From: Escherichia coli
Lineage (GTDB): Bacteria; Pseudomonadota; Gammaproteobacteria; Enterobacterales; Enterobacteriaceae
NCBI RefSeq assembly: GCF_024502345.1
Contig: NZ_JALDNN010000001.1
DNA: 64,000 bases
Direction: 5' to 3' (one strand)
The position numbers were made by a program, and so were the translations under genes. This document shows, in pieces, positions 35,874 to 50,363 of this stretch (positions are counted from its first letter, which is position 1; the number at the start of each line of letters is the position of its first letter). The notes under the pieces are model-generated. The model saw nothing but the letters and a program-made list of their open reading frames with translations. It did no database searches and had not been told where the DNA came from.

Positions 35874-36686
35874 ATGGCACGCATTATTGTTGTTACTTCG
35901 GGCAAAGGGGGTGTTGGTAAGACAACCTCCAGCGCGGCCATCGCCACTGGTTTGGCCCAGAAGGGAAAGAAAACTGTCGTGATAGATTTTGATATCGGCC
36001 TGCGTAATCTCGACCTGATTATGGGTTGCGAACGCCGGGTCGTTTACGATTTCGTCAACGTCATTCAGGGCGATGCAACGCTAAATCAGGCGTTAATTAA
36101 AGATAAGCGTACTGAAAATCTCTATATTCTGCCGGCATCGCAAACACGCGATAAAGATGCCCTCACCCGTGAAGGGGTCGCCAAAGTTCTTGATGATCTG
36201 AAAGCGATGGATTTTGAATTTATCGTTTGTGACTCCCCGGCAGGGATTGAAACCGGTGCGTTAATGGCACTCTATTTTGCAGACGAAGCCATTATTACCA
36301 CCAACCCGGAAGTCTCCTCAGTACGCGACTCTGACCGTATTTTAGGCATTCTGGCGTCAAAATCACGCCGCGCAGAAAATGGCGAAGAGCCTATTAAAGA
36401 GCACCTGCTGTTAACGCGCTATAACCCAGGCCGCGTAAGCAGAGGTGACATGCTGAGCATGGAAGATGTGCTGGAGATCCTGCGCATCAAACTCGTCGGC
36501 GTGATCCCAGAGGATCAATCAGTATTGCGCGCCTCTAACCAGGGTGAGCCGGTCATTCTCGACATTAACGCCGATGCGGGTAAAGCCTACGCAGATACCG
36601 TAGAACGTCTGTTGGGAGAAGAACGTCCTTTCCGCTTCATTGAAGAAGAGAAGAAAGGCTTCCTCAAACGCTTGTTCGGAGGATAA
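35874..36686 (+). CDS. minD: Septum site-determining ATPase MinD
   Basis: 270 aa, MARIIVVTSGKGGVGKTTSSAAIATGLA... Confidence 0.95.
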   Translation: MARIIVVTSGKGGVGKTTSSAAIATGLAQKGKKTVVIDFDIGLRNLDLIMGCERRVVYDFVNVIQGDATLNQALIKDKRTENLYILPASQTRDKDALTREGVAKVLDDLKAMDFEFIVCDSPAGIETGALMALYFADEAIITTNPEVSSVRDSDRILGILASKSRRAENGEEPIKEHLLLTRYNPGRVSRGDMLSMEDVLEILRIKLVGVIPEDQSVLRASNQGEPVILDINADAGKAYADTVERLLGEERPFRFIEEEKKGFLKRLFGG

Positions 36687-36689
36687 GTT

Positions 36690-36956
36690 ATGGCATTACT
36701 CGATTTCTTTCTCTCGCGGAAGAAAAATACAGCCAACATTGCAAAAGAACGGCTGCAGATTATTGTTGCTGAACGCCGTCGCAGCGATGCAGAACCGCAT
36801 TATCTGCCGCAGTTGCGTAAAGATATTCTTGAGGTCATTTGTAAATACGTACAAATTGATCCTGAGATGGTAACCGTACAGCTTGAGCAAAAAGATGGCG
36901 ATATTTCTATTCTTGAGCTGAACGTGACCTTACCGGAAGCAGAAGAGCTGAAATAA
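36690..36956 (+). CDS. minE: Cell division topological specificity factor MinE
   Basis: 88 aa, [31 protein letters not shown]... Confidence 0.95.
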
Positions 36957-36982
36957 TCCCGCTGTAAAAGCGCATTTATCTT

Positions 36983-37013
36983 CAAGGCAGAGTTATCTCT
37001 GCCTTGAGTTTTT
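36983..37013 (+). terminator. Rho-independent terminator after minE
   Basis: CAAGGCAGAG-ttat-CTCTGCCTTG followed by a T-run. Confidence 0.7.
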
Positions 37014-37103
37014 CATCCCTCTCATCCACGTTGTGGTAAAGCGGCGAGTATTCTTGCTGATACTCCTCATTGCTATTTCCACCTCCCCCTTTACACCTTA
37101 AGG

Positions 37104-38160
37104 GGCTTTGTTGAATAAATCGAACTTTTGCTGAGTTGAAGGATCAGATCACGTATCTTCCCGACAACGCAGACCGTTCCGTGGCAAAGCAAAAGTTCAA
37201 AATCACCAACTGGCCCACCTACAATAAAGCCCTCATCAACCGTGGCTCCATAACTTTCTGGCTGGATGATGAAGCTATTCAGGCCTGGTATGAGTCAGCA
37301 ACACCTTCTTCACGAGGCAGACCTCAGCGCTATTCTGACCTTGCCATCACGACTGTGCTGGTCATTAAACGCGTATTCAGGCTGACCCTGCGCGCTGCGC
37401 AGGGCTTTATTGATTCCATTTTTTCTCTGATGAACGTTCCGCTACGCTGCCCGGATTACAGCTGTGTCAGCAGGCGGGCAAAGTCGGTTAATGTCAGTTT
37501 CAAAACGCCCACCCGGGGTGAAATCGCACACCTGGTAATTGATTCCACCGGGCTGAAGGTCTTCGGTGAAGGCGAGTGGAAAGTCAAAAAGCATGGCCAG
37601 GAACGCCGCCGTATCTGGCGTAAGCTGCATCTCGCCGTTGACAGTAAAACACATGAAATCATCTGCGCTGACCTGTCGCTGAACAACGTTACGGACTCAG
37701 AGGCCTTCCCCGGGTTAATCCGGCAAACCCACCGGAAAATCAGGTCAGCCGCCGCCGATGGCGCTTACGATACCCGGCTATGTCACGATGAACTGCGGCG
37801 TAAGAAAATCAGCGCGCTTATCCCTCCCCGAAAAGGTGCGGGTTACTGGCCCGGTGAATATGCAGACCGTAACCGTGCAGTGGCTAATCAGCGAATGACC
37901 GGGAGTAATGCGCGGTGGAAATGGACAACAGATTACAACCGTCGCTCGATAGCGGAAACGGCGATGTACCGGGTAAAACAGCTGTTCGGGGGTTCACTGA
38001 CACTGCGTGACTACGATGGTCAGGTTGCAGAGGCTATGGCCCTGGTACGAGCGCTGAACAAAATGACGAAAGCAGGTATGCCTGAAAGCGTGCGTATTGC
38101 CTGAAAACACAACCCGCTACGGGGGAGACTTACCCGAAATCTGATTTATTCAACAAAGCC
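37104..38160 (+). mobile_element. IS903-like insertion sequence (IS5 family, IS903 group), copy 1, 1057 bp, no target-site duplication
   Basis: 18-bp terminal inverted repeats GGCTTTGTTGAATAAATC at both ends; internal transposase; flanking 9-mers differ (ACCTTAAGG vs ATCGTGCAC). Confidence 0.9.
37181..38104 (+). CDS. IS903-type DDE transposase
   Basis: 307 aa from a GTG start (VAKQKFKITNWPTYNKALINRGS...); matches the remembered IS903 transposase from Tn903. Confidence 0.85.
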   Translation: MAKQKFKITNWPTYNKALINRGSITFWLDDEAIQAWYESATPSSRGRPQRYSDLAITTVLVIKRVFRLTLRAAQGFIDSIFSLMNVPLRCPDYSCVSRRAKSVNVSFKTPTRGEIAHLVIDSTGLKVFGEGEWKVKKHGQERRRIWRKLHLAVDSKTHEIICADLSLNNVTDSEAFPGLIRQTHRKIRSAAADGAYDTRLCHDELRRKKISALIPPRKGAGYWPGEYADRNRAVANQRMTGSNARWKWTTDYNRRSIAETAMYRVKQLFGGSLTLRDYDGQVAEAMALVRALNKMTKAGMPESVRIA

Positions 38161-38208
38161 ATCGTGCACACTACGCAGTCTCACAACTAACAAGAGGTTA
38201 TTATCCTG

Positions 38209-38613
38209 ATGGATCAGGTCGTTGTTTTTCAAAAGATGTTTGAGCAAGTGAGAAAAGAGCAAAACTTCTCCTGGTTTTATTCAGAATTAAAACATCACCG
38301 TATTGCACATTACATTTATTATCTGGCTACGGATAACATCAGAATTATTACTCACGATGACACGGTTTTGTTATTAAGAGGAACCAGGAACCTGTTAAAA
38401 GTTAGTACGACCAAGAACCCTGCTAAAATAAAAGAGGCCGCATTGCTTCATATTTGCGGAAAATCTACATTTCGGGAATACTGTTCAACACTGGCAGACG
38501 CGGGCGTTTTCCGTTGGGTTACTGATGTTAATCATAACAAACGCAGTTACTACGCCATTGATAATACGCTTTTATATATTGAAGATGTAGAAAATAATAA
38601 ACCATTAATCTAG
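38209..38613 (+). CDS. ycgX: Hypothetical protein YcgX (DUF1398-like)
   Basis: 134-aa ORF with AGAGG Shine-Dalgarno; size and position next to iraM match K-12 ycgX; sequence identity not independently confirmed. Confidence 0.6.
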   Translation: MDQVVVFQKMFEQVRKEQNFSWFYSELKHHRIAHYIYYLATDNIRIITHDDTVLLLRGTRNLLKVSTTKNPAKIKEAALLHICGKSTFREYCSTLADAGVFRWVTDVNHNKRSYYAIDNTLLYIEDVENNKPLI

Positions 38614-38819
38614 CTAAAGTTGGATGCTTAAGAAATGCTTCATAATTCAGTATGGCATTAGCATAATGGGAATAAAAGTACAGAGACTATCCCTATGGAT
38701 GATAAATACTGTCCTTTTATTGCTACCCATAAATAATCACCTGGCCAATACTATCAAATTGATATTTGAAATGTGATCACTTGACTTTCTATACGTTATT
38801 TCATAACGTTTAATATATT

Positions 38820-38870
38820 TATAAAAACAACGGGCGTGCCATACGCCCGTTTCAATACTTAACGCACATG
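38820..38870. repeat. Second copy of the icd-terminator-like ~50-bp element (AACAACGGGCGTG..ATACGCCCGTTT..AATA.TTAAC.CACATGT)
   Basis: Near-identical to the sequence at 39690-39734 immediately 3' of icd, including the GGGCG/CGCCC hairpin. Confidence 0.5.
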
Positions 38871-39308
38871 TGTTTTGGTTTAGTCATCATCCAGTTATAT
38901 GTATTTTAGCCAGGAACAGGTTAAACCTTTCCTATATAACTCAAAAATTGAAACCTTATTCTCATGTCATGCTTATATTCATTATTATCGTTATATAAAA
39001 AGGCAACCATAATGTTTAGCAAATTGGCACAAAGTAGCATAAAGGCTATGTTTTAATTACAGGATGGTCAGTCATTTGAATGTATAACATTATAGCTAAA
39101 CAAATCTAAAACGAAGTGAATAATTTATTGTTTTCACTAAATCTCATTTTGTTTAACATCCATTGAGATTCCTTGCTTTAAATTTTGTTTTATATAAGCA
39201 ATTGTTTTAATTAATTTATTTTTTGAAGGGGTAATATACTCATATGCAAAATAAAGAAATGAACATCCAAATGAACTATATTAAATACCGTGGGATAAGA
39301 CATAACAA

Positions 39309-39632
39309 ATGAAGTGGGTAGTAATTGACACGGTAATTCAACCTACATGCGGCATATCTTTTTCAGCCATATGGGGTGATATGAAAATGATTATCTGGTA
39401 TCAATCTACTATATTTCTTCCTCCTGGAAGTATATTTACACTGGTTAAGCCTGGTATTATCCTTAAGGATAAAGAATATCCTATAACTATTTATAACATT
39501 GCACCATTCAACAAGAATTTATGGAGTTTACTCAAAAGCAGTCAAGAGTGTCCTCCAGGAGAAAGCGAAATAACAAATAAATGTTTGCATAAGAGTTGTA
39601 TTATAAAAATATGCCCATATGGGCTCAAGTAA
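39309..39632 (+). CDS. iraM: Anti-adaptor protein IraM (inhibitor of RssB-mediated RpoS degradation)
   Basis: 107 aa, [41 protein letters not shown]...; matches remembered IraM with a few substitutions; lies in very AT-rich DNA. Confidence 0.8.
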   Translation: MKWVVIDTVIQPTCGISFSAIWGDMKMIIWYQSTIFLPPGSIFTLVKPGIILKDKEYPITIYNIAPFNKNLWSLLKSSQECPPGESEITNKCLHKSCIIKICPYGLK

Positions 39633-39689
39633 TGGGTTTTATATAAATATGCTCGATATGCTATTAATAATATCCACATAAATAAAACA

Positions 39690-39722
39690 ACGGGCGTGTT
39701 ATACGCCCGTTTAAATATTTAA
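39690..39722. terminator. Bidirectional rho-independent terminator shared by icd and iraM
   Basis: AACGGGCG-tgttatac-CGCCCGTT hairpin with A/T runs on both sides, immediately 3' of the icd stop. Confidence 0.7.
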
Positions 39723-39734
39723 CACATGTAGTGA

Positions 39735-40985
39735 TTACATATTTTTGATGATCGCATCACCAAACTCTGAACATTTCAGCAGTTTAGCGCCTTCCATCAG
39801 ACGTTCGAAGTCATAGGTTACGGTCTTCGCATTGATTGCGCCTTCCATACCTTTAACAATCAGGTCTGCGGCTTCGGTCCAACCCATGTGGCGTAACATC
39901 ATCTCAGCAGAGAGAATAATAGAACCTGGGTTAACTTTGTCCTGACCGGCATATTTCGGCGCAGTACCGTGGGTGGCTTCAAACAGGGCGCATTCGTCAC
40001 CGATGTTTGCACCAGGGGCGATACCGATACCGCCAACCTGCGCTGCCAGGGCGTCAGAAATGTAGTCACCGTTCAGGTTCATACAGGCGATAACATCATA
40101 TTCAGCCGGACGCAGCAGGATCTGTTGCAGGAATGCATCAGCAATCACGTCTTTAATGACGATCTCTTTGCCGGTATTCGGGTTTTTAACTTTCAGCCAC
40201 GGGCCGCCGTCGATCAGTTCACCGCCAAATTCTTCACGCGCCAGCTGGTAGCCCCAGTCTTTAAACGCGCCTTCGGTGAACTTCATGATGTTGCCTTTGT
40301 GCACCAGGGTCACAGAGTCACGATCGTTAGCAATTGCGTATTCGATCGCTGCACGAACCAGACGTTTGGTGCCTTCTTCAGAACACGGCTTAATACCGAT
40401 ACCGCAATGTTCCGGGAAGCGAATTTTCTTCACGCCCATCTCTTCACGCAGGAATTTAATCACTTTCTCGGCGTCGGCAGAGTCAGCTTTCCATTCGATA
40501 CCCGCATAAATGTCTTCCGAGTTTTCACGGAAGATAACCATATCGGTCAGTTCAGGGTGTTTAACCGGGCTTGGAGTGCCCTGATAGTAACGTACCGGAC
40601 GCAGGCAGATGTAGAGATCCAGTTCCTGGCGCAGGGCAACGTTCAGAGAGCGAATACCGCCACCAACCGGAGTGGTCAGCGGGCCTTTAATGGCAACGCG
40701 ATATTCACGAATCAGATCAAGGGTTTCAGCAGGCAGCCAGACATCCTGACCATAAACCTGTGTGGATTTTTCACCGGTGTAAATTTCCATCCAGGAGATT
40801 TTACGCTCGCCTTTATAGGCTTTCTCGACTGCAGCGTCGACCACTTTCAGCATGGCTGGGGTTACATCTACACCGATTCCATCACCTTCAATGTAAGGGA
40901 TAATCGGATTTTCAGGAACGTTGAGTTTGCCGTTTTGCAGGGTGATCTTCTTGCCTTGTGCCGGAACAACTACTTTACTTTCCAT
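39735..40985 (-). CDS. icd: NADP-dependent isocitrate dehydrogenase (intact native 3' end, no e14-type replacement)
   Basis: 416 aa, [30 protein letters not shown]... ending ...GDAIIKNM. Confidence 0.95.
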   Translation of the reverse strand: MESKVVVPAQGKKITLQNGKLNVPENPIIPYIEGDGIGVDVTPAMLKVVDAAVEKAYKGERKISWMEIYTGEKSTQVYGQDVWLPAETLDLIREYRVAIKGPLTTPVGGGIRSLNVALRQELDLYICLRPVRYYQGTPSPVKHPELTDMVIFRENSEDIYAGIEWKADSADAEKVIKFLREEMGVKKIRFPEHCGIGIKPCSEEGTKRLVRAAIEYAIANDRDSVTLVHKGNIMKFTEGAFKDWGYQLAREEFGGELIDGGPWLKVKNPNTGKEIVIKDVIADAFLQQILLRPAEYDVIACMNLNGDYISDALAAQVGGIGIAPGANIGDECALFEATHGTAPKYAGQDKVNPGSIILSAEMMLRHMGWTEAADLIVKGMEGAINAKTVTYDFERLMEGAKLLKCSEFGDAIIKNM

Positions 40986-41156
40986 TCACCTCTCCTTCGA
41001 GCGCTACTGGTTTGCTCGTCTGCCACCACGTTGCATATGCGTTTGCGTCCTGCGATACGGATGCTTTAGAGCAATTTTTTGTTAATGATTTGTAATTGGC
41101 TTGTCAATACTACCCTATTGTTTGCCGTCATGAAAGATGCGCGTTATTAGGCTATA

Positions 41157-41810
41157 ATGCGGCAATTCATAATCTCTGAAAATACCATGCAAAAAACTTC
41201 TTTTAGAAATCACCAGGTTAAGCGATTCAGCTCGCAACGTTCTACCAGGCGTAAACCTGAAAACCAGCCCACGCGTGTGATCCTGTTCAATAAACCCTAC
41301 GATGTTCTTCCGCAGTTCACCGATGAAGCCGGACGCAAAACATTAAAAGAATTCATCCCGGTTCAGGGCGTTTATGCAGCAGGTCGTCTTGACCGCGATA
41401 GCGAAGGGTTACTGGTGCTGACCAATAACGGCGCGTTGCAGGCGCGTTTAACCCAGCCGGGCAAACGCACCGGGAAAATCTATTATGTGCAGGTGGAAGG
41501 TATTCCCACACAAGACGCACTTGAAGCCTTGCGCAATGGCGTAACCTTAAATGATGGCCCTACCCTGCCCGCCGGCGCGGAGCTGGTTGACGAACCTGCG
41601 TGGTTATGGCCGCGGAATCCACCAATTCGTGAACGCAAAAGTATTCCCACCAGCTGGCTGAAGATCACCTTATATGAAGGACGTAATCGCCAGGTGCGCC
41701 GCATGACCGCCCATGTTGGCTTCCCCACGCTGCGACTGATTCGTTATGCGATGGGTGATTACACTTTGGATAATCTCGCTAACGGCGAATGGCGAGAAGC
41801 GACAGAATAA
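41157..41810 (+). CDS. rluE: 23S rRNA pseudouridine(2457) synthase
   Basis: 217 aa with RsuA-family pseudouridine synthase motifs. Confidence 0.9.
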   Translation: MRQFIISENTMQKTSFRNHQVKRFSSQRSTRRKPENQPTRVILFNKPYDVLPQFTDEAGRKTLKEFIPVQGVYAAGRLDRDSEGLLVLTNNGALQARLTQPGKRTGKIYYVQVEGIPTQDALEALRNGVTLNDGPTLPAGAELVDEPAWLWPRNPPIRERKSIPTSWLKITLYEGRNRQVRRMTAHVGFPTLRLIRYAMGDYTLDNLANGEWREATE

Positions 41811-41819
41811 GGATGCAAA

Positions 41820-43441
<1,622 letters not shown>

Positions 43442-43476
43442 TTATTATCTTTACTTAAAACAAGGAAGCAGTGAAC

Positions 43477-44118
43477 GTGGCAAAGAATTACTATGACATC
43501 ACCCTCGCCCTGGCCGGTATTTGTCAGTCGGCACGCCTGGTGCAACAACTCGCTCACCAGGGGCATTGTGATGCCGATGCGCTACACGTCTCACTCAACA
43601 GTATTATTGATATGAACCCCAGCTCGACGCTGGCGGTTTTTGGCGGTAGCGAAGCCAACCTGCGCGTCGGGCTGGAAACCCTGCTCGGCGTGCTCAATGC
43701 CAGCAGTCGCCAGGGCTTAAACGCCGAATTAACCCGCTACACACTCAGTCTGATGGTGCTTGAGCGCAAACTCTCCTCAGCGAAAGGTGCGCTCGACACT
43801 CTGGGCAACCGGATCAACGGCCTGCAACGCCAACTCGAACACTTCGATTTACAGTCCGAAACGCTGATGAGCGCGATGGCTGCTATCTATGTTGATGTGA
43901 TTAGCCCGCTTGGCCCGCGCATTCAGGTCACCGGCTCCCCTGCTGTACTGCAAAGCCCACAAGTGCAGGCGAAAGTTCGCGCAACCCTGCTGGCAGGCAT
44001 TCGCGCCGCCGTGCTCTGGCACCAGGTCGGCGGCGGACGTCTGCAACTGATGTTTTCTCGTAATCGCCTGACCACTCAGGCAAAACAAATTCTTGCTCAT
44101 TTAACCCCGGAGTTGTGA
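43477..44118 (+). CDS. hflD: Lysogenization regulator HflD
   Basis: 213 aa from a GTG start ([20 protein letters not shown]...). Confidence 0.9.
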   Translation: MAKNYYDITLALAGICQSARLVQQLAHQGHCDADALHVSLNSIIDMNPSSTLAVFGGSEANLRVGLETLLGVLNASSRQGLNAELTRYTLSLMVLERKLSSAKGALDTLGNRINGLQRQLEHFDLQSETLMSAMAAIYVDVISPLGPRIQVTGSPAVLQSPQVQAKVRATLLAGIRAAVLWHQVGGGRLQLMFSRNRLTTQAKQILAHLTPEL

Positions 44119-45492
<1,374 letters not shown>

Positions 45493-45582
45493 ACTCGTAT
45501 CAGTGCCGGATAGCGATGCTGTCCGGCCTGCTTATTAAGATTATCCGCTTTTTATTTTTTCACTTTACCTCCCCTCCCCGCT

Positions 45583-45599
45583 GGTTTATTTAATGTTTA
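45583..45599 (+). promoter_or_regulatory. PhoP box (autoregulated phoPQ promoter)
   Basis: GGTTTA-tttaa-TGTTTA direct repeat with 5-nt spacer about 60 bp upstream of the phoP start. Confidence 0.6.
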
Positions 45600-45659
45600 C
45601 CCCCATAACCACATAATCGCGTTACACTATTTTAATAATTAAGACAGGGAGAAATAAAA

Positions 45660-46331
45660 ATGCGCGTACTGGTTGTTGAAGACAATGCGTTGTTACGTCA
45701 CCACCTTAAAGTTCAGATTCAGGATGCTGGTCATCAGGTCGATGACGCAGAAGATGCCAAAGAAGCCGATTATTATCTCAATGAACATTTACCGGATATT
45801 GCGATTGTCGATCTCGGATTGCCAGACGAGGACGGTCTGTCACTGATTCGCCGCTGGCGTAGCAATGATGTTTCACTGCCGATTCTGGTATTAACCGCCC
45901 GTGAAAGCTGGCAGGACAAAGTCGAAGTATTAAGTGCCGGTGCTGATGATTACGTGACTAAACCGTTTCATATTGAAGAGGTGATGGCGCGAATGCAGGC
46001 ATTAATGCGGCGTAATAGCGGTCTGGCTTCACAGGTCATTTCGCTCCCCCCGTTTCAGGTTGATCTCTCTCGCCGTGAATTATCTATTAATGACGAAGTG
46101 ATCAAACTGACCGCGTTCGAATACACCATTATGGAAACGTTGATACGCAATAATGGCAAAGTGGTCAGCAAAGATTCGTTAATGCTACAACTCTATCCGG
46201 ATGCGGAGCTGCGGGAAAGCCATACCATTGATGTACTGATGGGACGTCTGCGCAAAAAAATTCAGGCACAATATCCGCAAGAAGTGATTACTACCGTTCG
46301 CGGCCAGGGCTATCTGTTCGAATTGCGCTGA
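45660..46331 (+). CDS. phoP: Two-component response regulator PhoP
   Basis: 223 aa, [32 protein letters not shown]... Confidence 0.95.
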   Translation: MRVLVVEDNALLRHHLKVQIQDAGHQVDDAEDAKEADYYLNEHLPDIAIVDLGLPDEDGLSLIRRWRSNDVSLPILVLTARESWQDKVEVLSAGADDYVTKPFHIEEVMARMQALMRRNSGLASQVISLPPFQVDLSRRELSINDEVIKLTAFEYTIMETLIRNNGKVVSKDSLMLQLYPDAELRESHTIDVLMGRLRKKIQAQYPQEVITTVRGQGYLFELR

Positions 46332-47791
46332 TGAAAAAATTACTGCGTCTTTTTTTCCCGCTCTCGCTGCGGGTACGTTTTCTGTTGGCAACGGCAGCGG
46401 TAGTACTGGTGCTTTCGCTTGCCTACGGAATGGTCGCGCTGATCGGTTATAGCGTCAGTTTCGATAAAACTACGTTTCGGCTGTTACGTGGCGAGAGCAA
46501 TCTGTTCTATACCCTTGCGAAGTGGGAAAACAATAAGTTGCATGTCGAGTTACCCGAAAATATCGACAAGCAAAGCCCCACCATGACGCTAATTTATGAT
46601 GAGAACGGGCAGCTTTTATGGGCGCAACGTGACGTGCCCTGGCTGATGAAGATGATCCAGCCTGACTGGCTGAAATCGAATGGTTTTCATGAAATTGAAG
46701 CGGATGTTAACGATACCAGCCTCTTGCTGAGTGGAGATCATTCGATACAGCAACAGTTGCAGGAAGTGCGGGAAGATGATGACGACGCGGAGATGACCCA
46801 CTCGGTGGCGGTAAACGTCTACCCGGCAACATCGCGGATGCCAAAGTTAACCATTGTGGTGGTGGATACCATTCCGGTGGAGCTAAAAAGTTCCTATATG
46901 GTCTGGAGCTGGTTTATCTATGTGCTCTCAGCCAATCTGCTGTTAGTGATCCCGCTGCTGTGGGTCGCCGCCTGGTGGAGTTTACGCCCCATCGAAGCTC
47001 TGGCAAAAGAAGTCCGCGAACTGGAAGAACATAACCGCGAATTGCTCAATCCAGCCACAACGCGAGAACTGACCAGTCTGGTACGAAACCTGAACCGATT
47101 GTTAAAAAGTGAACGCGAACGTTACGACAAATATCGTACAACGCTCACCGACCTGACCCATAGTCTGAAAACGCCACTGGCGGTGCTGCAAAGTACGCTG
47201 CGTTCTCTGCGTAGTGAAAAGATGAGCGTCAGTGATGCTGAACCGGTAATGCTGGAGCAAATCAGCCGCATTTCACAGCAAATTGGCTACTACCTGCATC
47301 GTGCCAGTATGCGCGGCGGGACATTGCTCAGCCGCGAGCTGCATCCGGTCGCCCCACTGCTGGACAATCTCACCTCGGCGCTGAACAAAGTGTATCAACG
47401 CAAAGGGGTCAATATCTCTCTCGATATTTCGCCAGAGATCAGCTTTGTCGGTGAGCAGAACGATTTTGTCGAGGTGATGGGCAATGTGCTGGATAATGCC
47501 TGTAAATATTGCCTCGAGTTTGTCGAAATTTCTGCAAGGCAAACCGACGAGCATCTCTATATTGTGGTCGAGGATGATGGACCCGGTATTCCATTAAGCA
47601 AGCGAGAGGTCATTTTCGACCGTGGTCAACGGGTTGATACTTTACGCCCTGGGCAAGGTGTAGGGCTGGCGGTAGCCCGCGAAATCACCGAGCAATATGA
47701 GGGTAAAATCGTCGCCGGAGAGAGCATGCTTGGCGGTGCGCGGATGGAGGTGATTTTTGGTCGCCAGCATTCTACGCCGAAAGATGAATAA
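46331..47791 (+). CDS. phoQ: Sensor histidine kinase PhoQ
   Basis: 486 aa, two TM segments, acidic periplasmic patch (EDDDDAEM), HAMP and HisKA/ATPase domains; 1-bp overlap with phoP. Confidence 0.95.
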   Translation: MKKLLRLFFPLSLRVRFLLATAAVVLVLSLAYGMVALIGYSVSFDKTTFRLLRGESNLFYTLAKWENNKLHVELPENIDKQSPTMTLIYDENGQLLWAQRDVPWLMKMIQPDWLKSNGFHEIEADVNDTSLLLSGDHSIQQQLQEVREDDDDAEMTHSVAVNVYPATSRMPKLTIVVVDTIPVELKSSYMVWSWFIYVLSANLLLVIPLLWVAAWWSLRPIEALAKEVRELEEHNRELLNPATTRELTSLVRNLNRLLKSERERYDKYRTTLTDLTHSLKTPLAVLQSTLRSLRSEKMSVSDAEPVMLEQISRISQQIGYYLHRASMRGGTLLSRELHPVAPLLDNLTSALNKVYQRKGVNISLDISPEISFVGEQNDFVEVMGNVLDNACKYCLEFVEISARQTDEHLYIVVEDDGPGIPLSKREVIFDRGQRVDTLRPGQGVGLAVAREITEQYEGKIVAGESMLGGARMEVIFGRQHSTPKDE

Positions 47792-47866
47792 ATATGTCCA
47801 TACTTCACGCATTACGTTAAGCATCCGTTATAATCGGTTGCAGATACCAGCCTGTGGATGCTTAAC

Positions 47867-48988
47867 ATGGAATACCAACTCACTCTTAACTGGCCCGATT
47901 TTCTTGAACGTCACTGGCAAAAACGCCCGGTGGTGTTAAAACGCGGCTTTAATAATTTTATTGACCCGATCTCTCCAGACGAGTTGGCGGGTCTGGCGAT
48001 GGAAAGCGAAGTCGACAGTCGACTGGTCAGTCACCAGGATGGAAAATGGCAGGTCAGCCACGGTCCGTTCGAAAGCTACGATCATCTCGGTGAAACTAAC
48101 TGGTCATTGTTAGTGCAAGCAGTGAACCACTGGCATGAGCCGACCGCCGCGCTGATGCGACCGTTCCGTGAACTACCGGACTGGCGTATTGATGATCTGA
48201 TGATCTCTTTTTCTGTACCTGGCGGCGGCGTCGGCCCGCATCTCGATCAGTACGACGTGTTTATCATTCAGGGTACCGGACGTCGTCGCTGGCGAGTGGG
48301 CGAAAAGCTGCAAATGAAACAGCACTGCCCACATCCGGATCTGTTACAGGTCGATCCGTTCGAAGCCATCATCGATGAAGAGCTGGAGCCTGGTGATATT
48401 CTTTATATTCCGCCAGGATTCCCGCATGAAGGCTACGCGCTGGAAAATGCGATGAACTATTCCGTGGGTTTTCGCGCGCCAAATACGCGGGAACTGATTA
48501 GTGGATTTGCCGATTATGTGCTGCAACGTGAACTGGGCGGCAACTACTACAGCGATCCTGATGTTCCACCTCGCGCTCATCCTGCGGATGTTCTGCCGCA
48601 AGAGATGGATAAACTGCGTGAGATGATGCTCGAATTGATCAACCAGCCGGAACACTTTAAGCAATGGTTTGGCGAGTTTATATCCCAGTCACGTCATGAA
48701 CTGGATATCGCGCCGCCAGAGCCGCCTTATCAGCCAGATGAGATCTACGATGCGCTGAAACAAGGTGAAGTGCTGGTGCGCCTGGGTGGTCTGCGCGTAT
48801 TGCGCATTGGCGACGACGTGTATGCCAATGGTGAGAAGATCGATTCCCCGCACCGTCCGGCACTGGATGCACTCGCCAGCAACATTGCGCTGACCGCGGA
48901 GAATTTTGGCGATGCGCTGGAAGATCCGTCATTCCTCGCGATGCTCGCGGCGCTGGTAAATAGCGGGTATTGGTTCTTCGAAGGGTAA
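47867..48988 (+). CDS. roxA: Ribosomal protein uL16 arginine hydroxylase (JmjC/cupin oxygenase)
   Basis: 373 aa from MEYQLTLNWPDFLERHWQKRPVVLKRGF... Confidence 0.9.
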   Translation: MEYQLTLNWPDFLERHWQKRPVVLKRGFNNFIDPISPDELAGLAMESEVDSRLVSHQDGKWQVSHGPFESYDHLGETNWSLLVQAVNHWHEPTAALMRPFRELPDWRIDDLMISFSVPGGGVGPHLDQYDVFIIQGTGRRRWRVGEKLQMKQHCPHPDLLQVDPFEAIIDEELEPGDILYIPPGFPHEGYALENAMNYSVGFRAPNTRELISGFADYVLQRELGGNYYSDPDVPPRAHPADVLPQEMDKLREMMLELINQPEHFKQWFGEFISQSRHELDIAPPEPPYQPDEIYDALKQGEVLVRLGGLRVLRIGDDVYANGEKIDSPHRPALDALASNIALTAENFGDALEDPSFLAMLAALVNSGYWFFEG

Positions 48989-49000
48989 GTTTGGATTTAA

Positions 49001-49075
49001 GCCGGATGTGGCGCTGATTGCGCCTTATCGTGCCTACATGCACTGAACGCCTGTAGGCACGATAAGTATGTGGAC
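49001..49075. repeat. REP-like palindromic repeat(s) between roxA and pepT
   Basis: GCCGGATGTGGCGCTGATTGCGCCTTATC and GCCTGTAGGCACGATAAG resemble the REP consensus. Confidence 0.45.
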
Positions 49076-49133
49076 CAGTGTCAATATAACGGTTTCATCC
49101 CGGTAATTGGCAGTCCACATACGCATCGGGCAA

Positions 49134-50363
49134 TCACGACTTCCGTTGCGCCGTTAACTCGGCAATACGGACGATCACCTGCACCGCTTTTTCCATACCT
49201 TCCAGAGTCACAAACTCATGCTTACCATGATAGTTGTAACCGCCAGTGAACAGGTTCGGGCACGGTAATCCCATAAACGACAACTGCGCGCCGTCGGTAC
49301 CACCGCGGATCGGTTTCAGTTCCGGTTCAATATCGCAGTCACGCATCGCCTGCTGGGCGATATCGAGAATATGCGGATGCTCAACCACTTTCTCGCGCAT
49401 ATTGTAGTAACTGTCTTCAATCACCAATTCAATGTAGCAATCAGGATGTAACCCTTTGCCCACTTTTTTGGCGATCTCCATCATTTTACGTTTACGCGCT
49501 TCAAACTGTTTACGGTCGAAATCACGGATGATGTAGTGCATATCGGCCCGTTCAACGGTGCCTTTCATGCTCGCCAGGTGATAGAAACCTTCATAGCCTT
49601 CTGTCATTTCCGGGCTTTCATCCGCCGGAACTTCCGCATGAATACGTGCCGCCAGCGACAGCGCATTTACCATCACTCCTTTCGCCGTACCCGGGTGAAC
49701 ATTGTTACCGACAATTTTGATATTGACCGACGCGGCGTTGAAGTTTTCAAACTCCAGTTCGCCTACGCCACCACCATCAACAGTGTAAGCCCAGCGGGCA
49801 TCGAAGGCGTCAACATCAAAATGTTTCGCCCCTTTGCCCACTTCTTCATCCGGGGTAAAGGCGACGCGAATATCACCATGCGGAATGTTTTTCTGTTGCA
49901 ATACCGCCAGCGCGGTCATGATTTCTGCAATACCGGCTTTGTCATCGGCACCTAACAAGGTTTTACCATCGGTAGTAATCAGCGTCTGACCCAGTAGCTG
50001 ATGCAGCACCGGGAACATAACCGGTGATAAAACTTCATCGCCGATACCCAGCGCAATATCGCCACCGCGATAGTTTTCAACAATTTGCGGATTCACATTT
50101 TTGCCGCTGCAATCCGGTGAGGTATCCACATGAGAAATAAAGCCAATCGCCGGGATATCGCCAGGGACGTTAGCCGGTAACGTCGCCATCAAAGTGCCCT
50201 TCTCACTTAAGGTCACATTGATAAGCCCCATCTCTTCGAGCTGCTCTTTCAGCAGATGCAATAACTTCCATTGGCCTTCCGTGCTGGGAACCTGTCTCAC
50301 CCCTGCTTTTGATTGGGTATCCAGAGACACGTAGTTCAAAAATCGCTCAAGTAGTTTATCCAT
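49134..50363 (-). CDS. pepT: Peptidase T (tripeptide aminopeptidase)
   Basis: 408 aa from [22 protein letters not shown]... Confidence 0.95.
   Translation of the reverse strand: MDKLLERFLNYVSLDTQSKAGVRQVPSTEGQWKLLHLLKEQLEEMGLINVTLSEKGTLMATLPANVPGDIPAIGFISHVDTSPDCSGKNVNPQIVENYRGGDIALGIGDEVLSPVMFPVLHQLLGQTLITTDGKTLLGADDKAGIAEIMTALAVLQQKNIPHGDIRVAFTPDEEVGKGAKHFDVDAFDARWAYTVDGGGVGELEFENFNAASVNIKIVGNNVHPGTAKGVMVNALSLAARIHAEVPADESPEMTEGYEGFYHLASMKGTVERADMHYIIRDFDRKQFEARKRKMMEIAKKVGKGLHPDCYIELVIEDSYYNMREKVVEHPHILDIAQQAMRDCDIEPELKPIRGGTDGAQLSFMGLPCPNLFTGGYNYHGKHEFVTLEGMEKAVQVIVRIAELTAQRKS

Noticed and set aside
38614-39308. PhoP box upstream of iraM in the AT-rich spacer
   Set aside because: Several TGTTT(T/A) hexamers occur, but none forms a direct repeat with the required 5-nt spacing, so no site is called even though iraM is reported to be PhoP-regulated.
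39735-40985. e14-type prophage integrated in icd
   Set aside because: icd ends with its native C-terminus and its own terminator, and no integrase or phage genes follow; only short terminator-like repeat scars are present.
39969-41069. 366-aa ORF on the + strand
   Set aside because: It lies entirely antisense within icd, whose identity is unambiguous; long shadow ORFs are expected opposite highly expressed, codon-biased genes.
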